Of a stretch of DNA of 64,000 bases, positions 39,501 to 51,675 are shown piece by piece. Position numbers and translations under genes: made by a program. Location: contig NC_058368.1 in NCBI RefSeq assembly GCF_018350175.1, positions 129,706,001-129,770,000 on the forward strand, read 5' to 3'. The stretch is from Felis catus (Eukaryota). Position 1 is the stretch's first letter, and the number at the start of each line of letters is the position of its first letter. Below the pieces are notes generated by a model. That model was not told the origin of the DNA, ran no database searches, and was given only the letters and a program-made list of their open reading frames with translations.

Positions 39501-40644
39501 TTTGTACGCGGTGCCGCAAACAATTTCTTTATCCCAGGTCCACATAGCCTTCGTGCTCTCCCAGGGTGGGGAGTCTTTCTCTTCACATGTTGATGTGGTC
39601 AGACTAGTCAAGTGACTCTGCAGAAAAGGCACATTCCTTAGTCAACCTTCTGTGTCTGCCCTCTGTCCTTGAATTATAGTTATTGGCTTTATTGGCCAGA
39701 GCAATAAAGTCTTGAATCCTACCCACAGCAGAGACTGGACACCTGCTTCAGATGCACCATAAGGGGAATAGTCAAGACGGCTGGGTTTATTTTTGAACAG
39801 CGATAAGCTAGCTTATAAGGCAAGGCCATGAAGAAGCGGATCTACATTCTGATTTAGGGTGGGTGACACCGCAAAGGTTTTTCTTCCCCTTTACCATAAC
39901 TAGATGGGAACCCTTACTTGGGCAAGCCACCTCTACGTGGCCATACAGATGACACTCAGATGATACACTTACGCCCGTGCTGTCAATGGCCGGTCCCTAA
40001 ATTCACATCCCTCAGCCCTACAATACACTCAGAAAGCCCAGAAACCACAGGGCCCTTAATTCATTCCGGCCACGGGGCCAAGTCATGGAAGCCAGAGAGA
40101 CAGGAAGGCACTAGCACACGGGTTCCCGCCTCTTCCAGGCCGCGCGCCGAAATCAAACTCGATCCTGGCTCTTCGGAGACCGCGCCGCGCGCGCTCCGCT
40201 TCCAGGGCCAGCCAAGCCAAGGCCGACGCCCTCCCACCCGGCAGCGAAGCTGCGCTGGGGGTGCCTGGAGGCAGCAGGGAAAGGCTGGCCAAGGAGGAAG
40301 AGACGCGGGAGGCGTGCTCTGCGCAGGCGCGCGGCGCCCCGCCTCCCCAGCGTCGGCTCCTGGGCGGGCGGCGCGGGCCCTCCCACTCTCCCCCGCGCCG
40401 CCTGACGGCCCCGGCCCTCGCTTCACCCCGACGCCCCGGCGTGCGCGTCCTCCCGCCGGCCTGCAGGCCCGGGGCCTCCGCCTGCTTCCCCGCCGCTGCT
40501 CCTCGCGGCCCCGTCTCGCGTTCACGCTGTCGCCCGGGCCGGCGCGGCCGCGGGCAACCGCTCCCCCTCCCACACCTACCCCGCCCCCTCCCCGCCTTTT
40601 CCGCCCTCCCGTCCCCCTCCCTCGGCCCGCCGCCGCTGCTCCAG

Positions 40645-40653
40645 ATGAGGTGA
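40645..40653 (+). promoter_or_regulatory. Minimal uORF Met-Arg-stop overlapping the KIF2A start codon
   Basis: ATG AGG TGA, where the last A of TGA (40653) is the A of the KIF2A ATG. Confidence 0.7.
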
Positions 40654-40716
40654 TGGCAACGGCCAACTTCGGCAAGATACAGATCGGGATTTACGTGGAG
40701 ATCAAGCGGAGCGATG
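40653..40716 (+). CDS. KIF2A: KIF2A first coding exon (kinesin-13 microtubule depolymerase), 21 codons + 1 nt, phase-1 donor
   Basis: Translates to MATANFGKIQIGIYVEIKRSD(G), which I recognise as the mammalian KIF2A N-terminus. Strong Kozak context GTGATGG; donor G|GTGAGC at 40717; lies inside a CpG island. Confidence 0.96.
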
Positions 40717-43700
40717 GTGAGCCTCGCCGCCACCCCTGCCGGTCGGGCCCCGCATTCGAGCCTTCACGGAGGGGACGCGGGGTCGGCCGCCTCATTGATT
40801 GCTCCGCCGGGCTGTGGGGGCGGGAAGGCGGCGGCCGCGGCGCTTTTGTGTGTGGCGTGTGTGCGAGTGAGGCCGGCGTGGGGTCCGCCCCGGGTGCCGC
40901 TGCAGTGCGGGGGGCGGGGAGGGGTTGCCGGCAAAGGGCCTGGGTGTCGCGGGCCCATCTGTGGGGTTCGAGCGGGTGAGGCGGAGGGTCCCGGGACTGG
41001 CGGTGGGGGGGGGGGGGGTGCGGCGCTCTTCGCGCGATCTCCATCCTCCCCGGGGACTCCAGCCCGGGGGGCCGGGGCCAACGGGCTTCTGTAGGGAGGA
41101 CCCAGCCTCGCATTTCACCCAGCCCTTTTCATTTTCCGGCAGTATCTCTGAGGGGGTTGGGGGTGGGGAGAGCGTGGAGACCATTGGTTTCAGGATTTAG
41201 AGAACCGACTACCGGTCCGAGGCCGGTGGGGAAAGGCCAGCCCCCGAAGCTGGCCAGGCTTCTTCGGCTTTCGCTTCTCGGGCATGCCGTTCATTTTTTT
41301 GCTAGTCCTTTCCTTGGAAGAAGGATGCCGAGAACGTCGTGCTCGGCCATGAATATGTGGGGGGGGGGGGGGAAGCAGTGGGAAGTGGTTGGTGTTCGAT
41401 GAGCTTCTCAGAGGTGATGAGACTGAAAGGGAAGGAGAGGGATGAGCCTAAGCTCTGCGATGCATTACTGAGAGGGTGGGGGTGGGCCACCGGATGTTGT
41501 TATTTTCACACTCTCTAGAGAGGTAGCCAAGAGGAAAGTGTTAGATGAGGTGAACATACATGCCTAATTCAAAAGAAAAAAAAAATCCTTGGGCTTATGT
41601 ATCTCTCTATAGGTTCTAATTGGAAAAAATGTTTTATGTCATTGGCTTGGGGTGTGGATTGAGGTGCCAGCCAGGCTTGGAAATAATTTATATTGTAAAG
41701 GAGAAAAACACGCATGGAGAGAGAAGTAGAATTTTCTTTCAGTGCGAATATTGAAAGGAGCTAGAGATGTGTAATGGAGATGTGTGGTGTTCTTGACTCT
41801 ATTTCCCTTTTGCTCATAAACCTTTTTTTATGGCTTATTATTCTCTAGTCTAGCCAGTAGTAAGGTTGCTCTCACATTCACCCCCTCTTGGTTTCTAGCA
41901 AGTTTGACCAAGTTATGTGAAGCTAGGCTGACTTTGCTGTTACTTTGTGTGATATATTGGTAGGCCCTATATAGCTAATGGGTTTTTTTCCCCTCGTACT
42001 TGAGATAATTTGCCTTAACAACCAGAAGCATCATTACCCTGTACGTGAAAAGGTAAATTACACCGCTTAGAGCTTTGGAAGTTACCAGTAACACTAGTGG
42101 GAAGGCGATGTGTCCTTTATTTGGGTTGGGCTTTCTTTGTATTTTCTTTTCAAATAACTGTCCTTTAACAGTGCTGTTACTGTCGTTTCTTTTTTAGAAT
42201 GAATGAGGGTGCACTGTATTACAACAAAAGTAGGATTTGCATATTATTTAAAATTGGAGGGTGCAATAAAATGTGTAAAGTTCTTTACATTCTAAGCCTT
42301 TGTGATTGTAGGTGTTACTGCAAAATATATATTTAAAAAGGGTCATATGGCATTCCAAAGCTTTGTATTTTTATTTGTAAAAATTTTTTTGTTTAAAAGT
42401 TTGACTGGAAACAATTTTGGTTCTTGTAGGGTTCGAGGATAGAGACATTTACTAATCTTTCAACATTTACCTTTTGCATTTACCTGAAACCCAGACATGT
42501 ATAAGAGCTTTGTGTTTATGTAAGTGTTAATAATCTAAAGTCACATTTCAAAGCAGTTTCCCCATGAGGTCATAACGGAAATCATCGCAATGTGTATTAT
42601 CCCAACCTATAGTCATTTATGCTCATCAGATGCAAGATGGAATTGGAGGAAGGTAAAATTAGACAACTGGAAGGGAATAGCCATTTGCCTTGGATGGTGG
42701 TATTTCACAGAAGGCATATCTGGGAGACTCCCTGTATGTTTTCCTTTTTCACTTTAAAGAAGCTGTTTTGTTTCCTCCCACTTCTATAGCACATCTCTGT
42801 AAAACACTAGTGGTTATTGTAACAAAAATAAACTTTGTAGTTGGATGAGCACTAATGTAATGCCTGAGACCATGGAAATCACATGAGTGAAGAAGGGCTG
42901 TTGCAGACTGCAGTTAACTGGTAACTTGATGTTCTGCATGCTTCCTGATGGTGATCCTTGCCCTTATTTCAGAGCATGCTTCTCCAATAAGTGATGCTCA
43001 TATATAAATAAAACATATATTCTGAGGGCCAACAGGTAAACTAAAACAGATTCATTCTTATCTTTCAAGACCCTGCTCAAAACTAATCCCAGTAAGTCTT
43101 CACTGATTGCTAAAGCCAGATGGGGAGTTAGTCCCTGGATAGTCAGCCTCTGAATTCCTAAGTCATTCTGTATCACTCATGAGGCAGCATATTTCCTAAG
43201 TATTAATGTTTGGATATATTTCTTCTAATACTGTGTTTTCAGACTACACTGGAGACCAGGTGCTGTAGAGAATCCAGTTGAGGGATGGCAGGCTACTCAC
43301 ATCCATGTCAAGCAAAGTCAGGTGTTACTGGATTAGAATACTTACTAATAGTCTCTTCAATTCCCTGAATTTATCTGTGGATCTCCTCGATGTGCCTAGC
43401 AAAGGTTCTTGCATATAGTTTTTGAGTGGATCATTCGTTACTGGATTTCTGGTTTTCAAACATTATATAAGTTAACTATTTGGGTGAAATCTTACCTGGA
43501 AGTGAAACCCTTCCATCGAGGCTCTTCCTTTGCTACCACATCCCTATTCTGCTCCCCTCCCCCAACCCTGTTCAGGCCTCTTAATTCAACATCCCCGGAA
43601 TTGACTGCAATTGAGTGATGTACTAAAGCTAATTTGACATTTCTGGTATTTTAAGTTAAAAATGACAGAAGTTAGGTGTACTGAGATTGATCCCCACCAC

Positions 43701-45536
43701 AGGAGATAACCTGGTGAGAAATTAGACTAATTTTTGGAAATAGGACATTCATGTGCAATCTATTTTTTTTGTATGTGGCTTTCAGTTATCCTCTGATTCG
43801 ATTCCTTTCTAGAATCCAGTGACTCTAAAACTGTAGGTTTTAATTGTGCTGTTAAAATATCTCTTATCTCTTTGACAGTAGCTGTGATTATCCTTTGAGG
43901 ACTAGGGCAGAAACGAGAAATGTTTTGAATATTTGGAAGCTGCAACTATGAAGGGATTGTTCTCTGGGGGTCCCTTAGTCACAGCATTGATGTATTTGAT
44001 CTGAAGAGAAAGATCAACCTGAAAGATCCTTAAAGTTAATGTAGTTATCACTTTTATAAATATGGAAGCAGAGTCCCAAGTCACCACAAGTGACTTGTCT
44101 AGCTATATTCATACAACTTATAGTGGCAGCCAGGAACCTGTCTTGCATAGCATAGAAACCAGACTATCTGTCAAGAACTGAGAACTGTGACAGTTAAGGG
44201 AGAATTCAGTTATTTAGGAACCATACACAGCTTTCTGCAGCCCAATAAGGGTATGTCGGAAATTGCTTCTCAGTCATAGGAAAAGCACTAGGGAGCAGTG
44301 TTAAGCCCAGTTGGAATGATCTGGTAAAAAGTGATGATGGTATAGTAAATAGAAAGTCACAAAGATGAAAAATATTCCTGTGTCTTAATTAAATGTTAAG
44401 GAAAAGAATGCTTTAATTAAGCATCTGAAATCATGAAATTAAAGATTTCAGAGGATTTGTTGGGAATCATGGAGTTTAGGGCAGGCACTCTTTATTTAGG
44501 AAAGATTTTAAATGGCCTAATTCTTGTTACCTACTTTGCCACATTTATTCTTCTGCTGGTTCATCTTTACATGTCATTATATAGACTTTTGGAGAATGGA
44601 CTGTGTGAAGGTAGGTAATAAAGATGAACAACACAGCAATATGGTTGTTCTTTAGGTACAATTTTGTGGCTCTGTGGAGTGGGTGGAATGGGGGAATTTG
44701 CGGATTAATAGTTTCCTTTTACATGGTAATTAGCATAATAATGGTTCCATATATGTGTCTGTTAGGCCTTCATAGTTTTCCAAACAGGTTGTCTAATTGG
44801 ATCTTCACTAGAAACCCTATGATGTAATAAGCAGTGTGGAAGCTGGTAGATTTATCATTTTATAGGCATAGAATCTAAGGTTGGGTTTTTTTGTTTTTTT
44901 GTTTTTTTTTTGGCCAAGATCACATGTTAATTGATTAGGGACATAGCCTGAACCAAACCCTTGGTTCTTTCACTCCTGCTTTTCTTTTTAGTGGGACAGA
45001 TGTTTTTGGATAATGGTAGGAAGTTGTATACTTTGTACTTTGGTGGGGTTTTTTTTTTTTTTTTTTTTGAGATGTTAAAAGCCCCTGTAGTAAGTAAATT
45101 TTTTTCTACTATTACCAGAGAGGCTCAGAAAACTTACATTGAATTAAAGTTTCTGAATTGGTGAGATCAGATTGAATTCTGATATTTTATTGAGTATAAG
45201 GATGAAAATTCATCACTCTAAGGCTTTAAAATCCCTTTCAGTAGTTAGTCACTTGTTGCTTCCAGAATTACTACAGAATCCCAGGTTCATTGCTTAGTCA
45301 CTTGATTCTTATGACAAAAATTTTGGGACCCCGGGGAAAACTTATGTGTCAACTTGTTTTATATGTTATAATTTTTTTAAAGTCTAGAAAATAGCAAAGA
45401 GTCAGTTAAGCATTTGTCTTGTTTCAATAGGGAAGGAGGCATGAGTGGAAAATCCAGAGTGGGGTTCCTTGAGATATCATCCAGACCCATTCTTCCTAGG
45501 CACAAGTGTACTTGTCATTAATATTAAGTTACTTTG

Positions 45537-45733
45537 TTTTTTTAATATTTTTTAATGCTTACTTACTTTTGAGAGAGAGAAAGAGGACAAGTTGGGGAGG
45601 AACAGAGAGAGAGGGAGACACAGACTCCCAGCTGTCAGCACAGAGCCTGATGAGGGGCTCAAACCCACAAACTGTGAGATCATAACCTGAGTCGAAGTCA
45701 GATGCCCAATCGACTGAGCCACCCAGACACCCC
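45537..45733 (-). mobile_element. Can-SINE (intronic, antisense)
   Basis: Minus-strand copy with an internal deletion. Confidence 0.88.
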
Positions 45734-46152
45734 TATATTACGTTAATCTTTTGCAAAGCTTAATTCTTGGATTCAGCCATCTATTTTGCTTTTAACACCT
45801 CTGCCCTGTAACCTAAAATAATCTTTTAAGGAGTTTGTTTTGAGATCATTATTCTGAGTTTAAGAATAGGTACAATTCTTAAGCCTTGAGTACAATTAAT
45901 TTTCACTCTTCTGGTCCAGCTGTGGAGTAAATATAGGTTATAGGTTACCCTCCTATCACATACTACCTCTTTTGATTAAAGTAATAAAAATGGTATTATA
46001 GTGCCTAAGTGAAAATAGAAGTTAGAACCTCACCATGTTAAACAATCAAGCTCTTGATTACATGCAGTGGCTACTGTGCCATGTACTTATATGGAGAGTT
46101 AAATAAATTCAAGTTCATGGTCATTGGGATTTGTCTTTAAAAACCTCCTCCA

Positions 46153-46370
46153 GGGGTGCCTGGTGGCTCAGTCAGTTAAACGTCCAACTTTGGCTCAGGT
46201 CATGATCTCATGGTTTGTGGGTTTGAGGCCTGCATCTAGTTCTGTGCTGACAGCTCTGAGCCTGGAGCCTGCTTCAGATTTTGTGTCTCCCGCTCTGTCC
46301 CTCCCCGCTTCGCTCTCAGTCTCTGTGTGTCTCTCAAAAATACACATTAAAAAAAAACAAAACAAAAACA
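46153..46370 (+). mobile_element. Can-SINE (intronic, sense)
   Basis: TSD aaaacctcctc. Confidence 0.92.
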
Positions 46371-47936
46371 AAACCTCCTCAAAATACAATATCGTTTCAT
46401 TGTTGGTTAACCTTAGGTTAACTTTTTGTAACTGGGAGTAAAATGAGTGGGGAGGTGTCCCTTTTTAAAGTTGTGCTTATAAATCTAGTCCTTGGGCTCT
46501 CTCAGTTTGGTGCTACTTGTTTTTCTCATTATCCGCTACAACCAAGCTTGTAGTTCAGGTGGGCATTTACTAGAGTGTGAGAATGTTTCAGTATATAGAC
46601 TGTGAGTGATTATGTCATATCATAAAACAGTGTGTCTCATAGTTTTTTCCTACTGATTTATCAAATACATTTTTATTAATAGCTCATTATGTATCAGGTA
46701 TTCTGATAGGTGTTGGAGATACAAAAAATACACAGTTCCTGCCTTCAAAAACAGTAAATAAATGATTGATGTATGGTGTGATTAGGACTGATAGAAGTAT
46801 GCTGTTCTGTGTGTACATTATTACCACTTCCCTTTTTAGGTTTAGGCTCTTTATTTGGACTCTGAGTTATGAGTCTGGTGGAAAATAGATGTCATATATG
46901 TTATCCCTTTCACCTCCTCTGTGCAAGACTAATATCCATTATCCCTTATGGTGTGCTTTCCTGGTAAGTTCATATTGATCCTCAGGATTCTTCTTAATAA
47001 AGTTCCACCAGTCTTGGTAGCTCCTGTCACTTTATTGAAATTGGCATTATTTGTCATTACTGGCCTATTTTCTGTTCTCTAATACCCATCTGAGTTTCAA
47101 CTTTATGACTTTTTACTTTTGTTTTGACATCTAAAGGAATAAGATTTATTCAGTTTTAAATTTCTGGTGGAGGAGCCACGGAGTTTGGAATTCTGGGTTG
47201 GGGTGCTTATAAACACAGAGATTAGGGAACAAGAGCATGAAAACTGATGGAGCAGCTGCTAGTGCTTATATGTAATTTGGAAGTAACCTCCCTACACAGT
47301 GTGGCCAGGGGACTATGAGAATCAGATACCTCCCTGAGCTGTGTATTTTACTTAATTTCAGAGACTTACTTCTCCAGATTTTTTATTGGTTTTGCTATTA
47401 ATTTTAACCAGATTTCACTTACATAAAAATTTTTAAAGGAACGACAGGATAAGCTGAGTGTCTACACTGTACAAAGACTCCTTTTTGATTATAACTGTCA
47501 TTCAGCGGCTATCAGTGTCATCCACATACCTTGTATCTTCCGTACTGCCATGTGAATTCTGTTTGTTTCTTAAAAATTGAATCCAGGTGTCACTTTTGAT
47601 ATCTGAAGGGTTTTAACATTTGCACCCTTTATAAAGTCAGTTGCTTTCCTAAATGTGTTAATATCCAGTATCTTGGTTGATTTTTATGACAGCCCTGCAA
47701 GGCAGCTAGTGTTTTACCCATTTTATTGAAGAGGAACTCTATGCCCAGAGTGTATAAATTACTGGGAAGTGTTTAAGGCTTATGAAGGGCAATTTCATAT
47801 ATTTATACTATATACATTGGTCAGGACAATGTGGTAAGGGTATTTTAGTGGGGTGGGATGTGATAGATTTACATATATTTAACCCATTGGATAAATGTGG
47901 TTGTGGGAGCTGTTTCTAAACTGGGTAGACTCTGCA

Positions 47937-48185
47937 TAGTGGTGTCACAACCTTGGCTACTCACAGAATTCACCTTGGGACATTGAAATTAAAAACAGCC
48001 AAACATAAAAAACAAACCCCCAACCATCAACACCATTATCCTGGCCCTTTGCATAGAGATTCTGTTTTAATTGGTTTGATATGGAGCCTGAGAATCAGTA
48101 TTTTATTTTAAAACACCTCATACGTTGATGAAACTTAACTTCACACATACAGGTGATTTCAGTGTGCACCCAGGGTTGTGATCTG
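47937..48185. mobile_element. hAT-Charlie MITE (MER5A-like)
   Basis: agtggtgtcacaaccttggctac...gaattcacc...gagattctgttttaattggt...caggtgatttcagtgtgcacccagggttg. Confidence 0.65.
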
Positions 48186-49262
48186 TTATTTTAGCAAAAG
48201 TAGCATTTCCTAATGATGATCTGACAAAATTTCATGGAGAGTGAAGTTTAAATGGTGGGAAGAAGATGACCAGTAGATTGCCATGGGGAGAAGGAGGCTT
48301 TCCAGGCATGTAATGTGCAGCATGTGAGAAGTTCCTGAGCTGGAAGTGGATGGAGGGCTGTGAGGTAAAGGCATTTAAAACAGGCAGAAGGGAGGGTGAT
48401 AGATGAGGAAAATAAGGAAGGACAAGTAATCTGGGGCACTTTATTAAAGACTTGGAAACAAAGGTAAGGTAATGCTTCTTGGAATTAATTTCTAGGACAC
48501 TTGGAAACTACGGTAGGACTTAATCTCCTAAGAGCCGTAATAGGAGTTAGCTTGTGATTAGTGATAGATTAGAGGTAGAGTAATACTGAAAATGAGAGCT
48601 AGCGAGGATAAGATTGCATCATTCTAGGAGGGTGAGCAATGATTAAGGAACAGATGAAATCTAGCAGCCTGCAAAAAGAATTGATGTTATATGGTGGTAT
48701 ATCACTTGTGCTGAGTAAAGAACATATGTGTTGAAAGGAATGGACTTAACATTTGGAAAGTCTGAGTGTAGGTTATAAAATCTCTTCAGTTCTGTTTAAT
48801 CAAGCTAATCCTATTCATGAATATTTTGTAGAGGACTGTGGAGCCTGTGTACAATTTAATATCAAAGAGAGCATCCAAATCAGGCTGTTTATAGTTTTTG
48901 CAGCTAGTATCTTTAAAATGAGTCTAAGGTATGAGTCACTTCCAATAAATGTTTATATGTAGAGCAGGAATTTACTTAAGCTATAACTAACTGCTTTGCC
49001 TACTTAAGAAGACTCAGTTATAGTATATTAGTCAAAACCCTCTTAGAATTCCTGGAAGGGAATGGGAAGGAAAAACAACACTTAAAGGATCTGGCTTCGG
49101 CTCTTTAATGGATGAAGGGTTTTGATTCTCGAAAGGCAGCTGCTCTCCTTTACTTTTCCTTTGCTCTTATTTTTGCCCTATTTTTTTCTGCTCTGGCTTT
49201 TGCCTTACTTTTCATCCTCGATATTCTGAATGTCATTTCAGCATTTAGAATCTCTTAACTGC

Positions 49263-49468
49263 GGGGTGCTTGGGTGGCTCAGTCAGTTGAGCGTCTCACT
49301 TAGAATCAGGTCATGATCTCAGGGTTTGTGATTTCAAGCCCCACATGGGGCTCTCTGCTGTCAGCATGGAGCCTGCTTCGGATCCTCTGTTCCCTCTCTC
49401 TTTGTCCCTCCCCCTCTCATTCACTCTGTCCCTCCCTCCCTCAAATAAAATAAACATGAAAAAAAAAA
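49263..49468 (+). mobile_element. Can-SINE
   Basis: TSD aatctcttaactgc. Confidence 0.92.
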
Positions 49469-49529
49469 TCTCTTAACTGCTGTTGCAGTTTAGGACTTAA
49501 AGAGAAATAACTGAGGGATAAATAGGGCC

Positions 49530-49825
49530 TATTGGATTTTTAGGGCAGTGGAATCATTCTCTGTGATACTATAATGGTAGATACATGTTATACATTGGTC
49601 AAAACCCACAGAACACATGACACCCAAGAACAAACCCTAATATAAAATTACGAACTTTGAGTATTATTGATGTGTCGGTGTAGGTTCATCCATTGTAACA
49701 AGTGTACCCAGTGTGGGCTGTTGATGATTTGGGAGGGTGTGGGTATGTGGGAACAGGGGTACATGGAGAATCTGTACCTTTCTGCTCAATTTTGCTATCA
49801 CCCTAAAACTGCTCTAAAAAAGGTT
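49530..49825 (+). mobile_element. Old L1 3' end (L1MC1-like)
   Basis: ggatttttagggcagtg...gatactataatggtagatacatg...cctaaaactgctctaaaaaa; similar to 55313-55590. Confidence 0.8.
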
Positions 49826-50426
49826 AAGAATGAGGGTCAATCCTTTAGGGTTGCATTTAAGGTTAACTTTTGCTTTTTATTTTTGTTACACTTCATCTGT
49901 TGGCCAATGTGAGAGATTGATGGTTTGCTAACACAATTTTTAAAATGAGCTGTAGTGCAGTGGGGGAATTCAGATATGCTTGACCCATGGACATTGTGAG
50001 TTTAAGTTCATATGCTGTGACAAATGTCCAAGCAGTGTGTCTAGAGCTAGAGCTTCATTCTTGAGGGGAGCCAGGGTTGAACTTAAAATAATTTAAACAC
50101 TGTTCTATTTATAAAATAGGGAATTCCTCTTGTAGGATAAATACATGAGGTCTAATGTCTCATGGAAAGTGAGTTGGAGTGCAAACAGTATTAAACTTTT
50201 GAGGGGGGAAGGGTTATTATTTTAGTTTACTATGGATTAAAGAGAAACGGATATAGTGACTTACCTACACATGAGTTTTAGGAATGGAGAGCAAATTAGA
50301 GGCCCTAGTTAGTGAGGTTAAGTTTTAAGAATTTAATCACAGACAACTCTGATAAAATACTGCTGTTGGTCAAAACGTGCTGATATTTTTACATTAAGGA
50401 AATGAACTTGTCTAGGGTCATACATA

Positions 50427-50695
50427 GGGATGCCCGGGTGGCTCAGTTGGTTAAGTGTCTGACTCAATCTCGGCTCAGGTCATGATCTTGCACTTAGTGA
50501 GTTTGAGTCCCACATCAGGCTCTGCGCTGATGGTGTGGAGCCTGCTTGGGATTCTGTCTCTCCTTCTCTCTGCCCCTCCCTCGCTCGTGCGTGCGCACAT
50601 GCTAGCACGTATGCTTGCAGTCTCTCTCTCTCTCTCTTAACTCTCTTACTCTTTCACTCTCTCACTGTCTCCCAAAATAAATAAACATAAAAAAA
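50427..50695 (+). mobile_element. Can-SINE (older)
   Basis: TSD ggtcatacata. Confidence 0.9.
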
Positions 50696-51633
50696 GGAGT
50701 AAGGTCATACATAAAGTAAGTAGCAAATAGGAGATTAGAGCATAGGTCGTCTGCCTCTAAAGTCCTCTACACTAATTCTGTAAGAGTTCTTTGTGTACTA
50801 TGGATGTTCCAGGCATTGGAAGTCATTAATTTAAAAATGCTTTCATTTTTCTGTGGTGTAGATTGCCTTCAGGTGTTTTTTATTAATCCATCTAGCATCT
50901 GCTGCATGACCATTTGTGTTCCTTCATCTGATGCCTTTGAGGGAATAGAAATAGGACTTCTCCCTAGTAAAGACTACTGTGTCAGTTATAGCCAACCGTT
51001 AAATCGCTGTTGCACTCAGTGCAGGTGCTCGGTGGTTTTATGATTTTTTTTTTTGAAAACGAAATTTTGGCTTTTGCCAGACTCTTTGCCATTGCATGAG
51101 TTTCAGCCGTCCTTGTTCTCATGACTTTCAGAATTTTAGACAAGAGCATGTACTTCATTTGAAAGAATGTTTCTTATTAGATGAGCAGCTATATTGTCAG
51201 GAAAATACAAGAGATTATAGCAACTTGCTAGGAGTCCGTTGGCATAATTGATGGATTTGGGGGCTTGTCTAGGTTCAGTGATCTTTATTTTTTATAAAAT
51301 TGTTGTTTGAAATTGTTTTTCGGGGTAATGTATGGGTTGAATTTTTACATTTTCCACTCCCTGCCACCCAAAGCTGATACTGAGAGTTGGTTACAACATG
51401 ACCCTAAATATGAGTATTTTCTTGGTTTGATTTTTGGGGTATACCTTTTTTTGAGGAGGGTACACTTTTATTAAGAACAATTCATTGCTTTTAACCTTAC
51501 ATACTCTTTTGGGTTTCATTAAGACCCATTCCTTAACTAAGTTAAAAGTAAATATATTTTTTTTGTTTCCTTCCTACCCCTTATACTCTTACTTCCCAAT
51601 CTTTGTAGGTGCTTCTTTCTCTCTTCATTTTCC

Positions 51634-51636
51634 TAT

Positions 51637-51675
<39 letters not shown>

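Larger units (their letters stand above)
40050..41350. promoter_or_regulatory. KIF2A: CpG island / TATA-less KIF2A promoter, 5'UTR and start of intron 1
   Basis: Abrupt rise in GC and CpG density against an AT-rich, CpG-depleted background. GC boxes (GGGCGG ~40362, CCGCCC ~40581), NRF1-like TGCGCAGGCGCG at 40320-40331, E2F-like GCGCGCCGAAA at ~40142-40152. The exact TSS cannot be read from sequence. Confidence 0.9.

Noticed and set aside
39601..39615. agactagtcaagtg resembles the reverse complement of a Y RNA 3' end
   Set aside because: The match is only about 14 nt, with no Y RNA body or A-tail.
39926..39943. CTCF-like gccacctctacgtggcca upstream of the promoter
   Set aside because: Needs an insertion in the core to fit the CTCF consensus.
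39918..41184. Multiple overlapping 100-350 aa ORFs on both strands
   Set aside because: Stop-codon depletion in a GC-rich CpG island gives low-complexity Gly/Arg/Pro/Ala products. Only the KIF2A exon 1 segment is recognisable, and the 353-aa ORF reads through the splice donor.
46406..46422. Short palindromes gttaacct-t-aggttaac (also 17608-17631 and 39803-39816)
   Set aside because: Short and AT-rich; some are expected by chance in 64 kb, and none forms a miRNA-sized hairpin.
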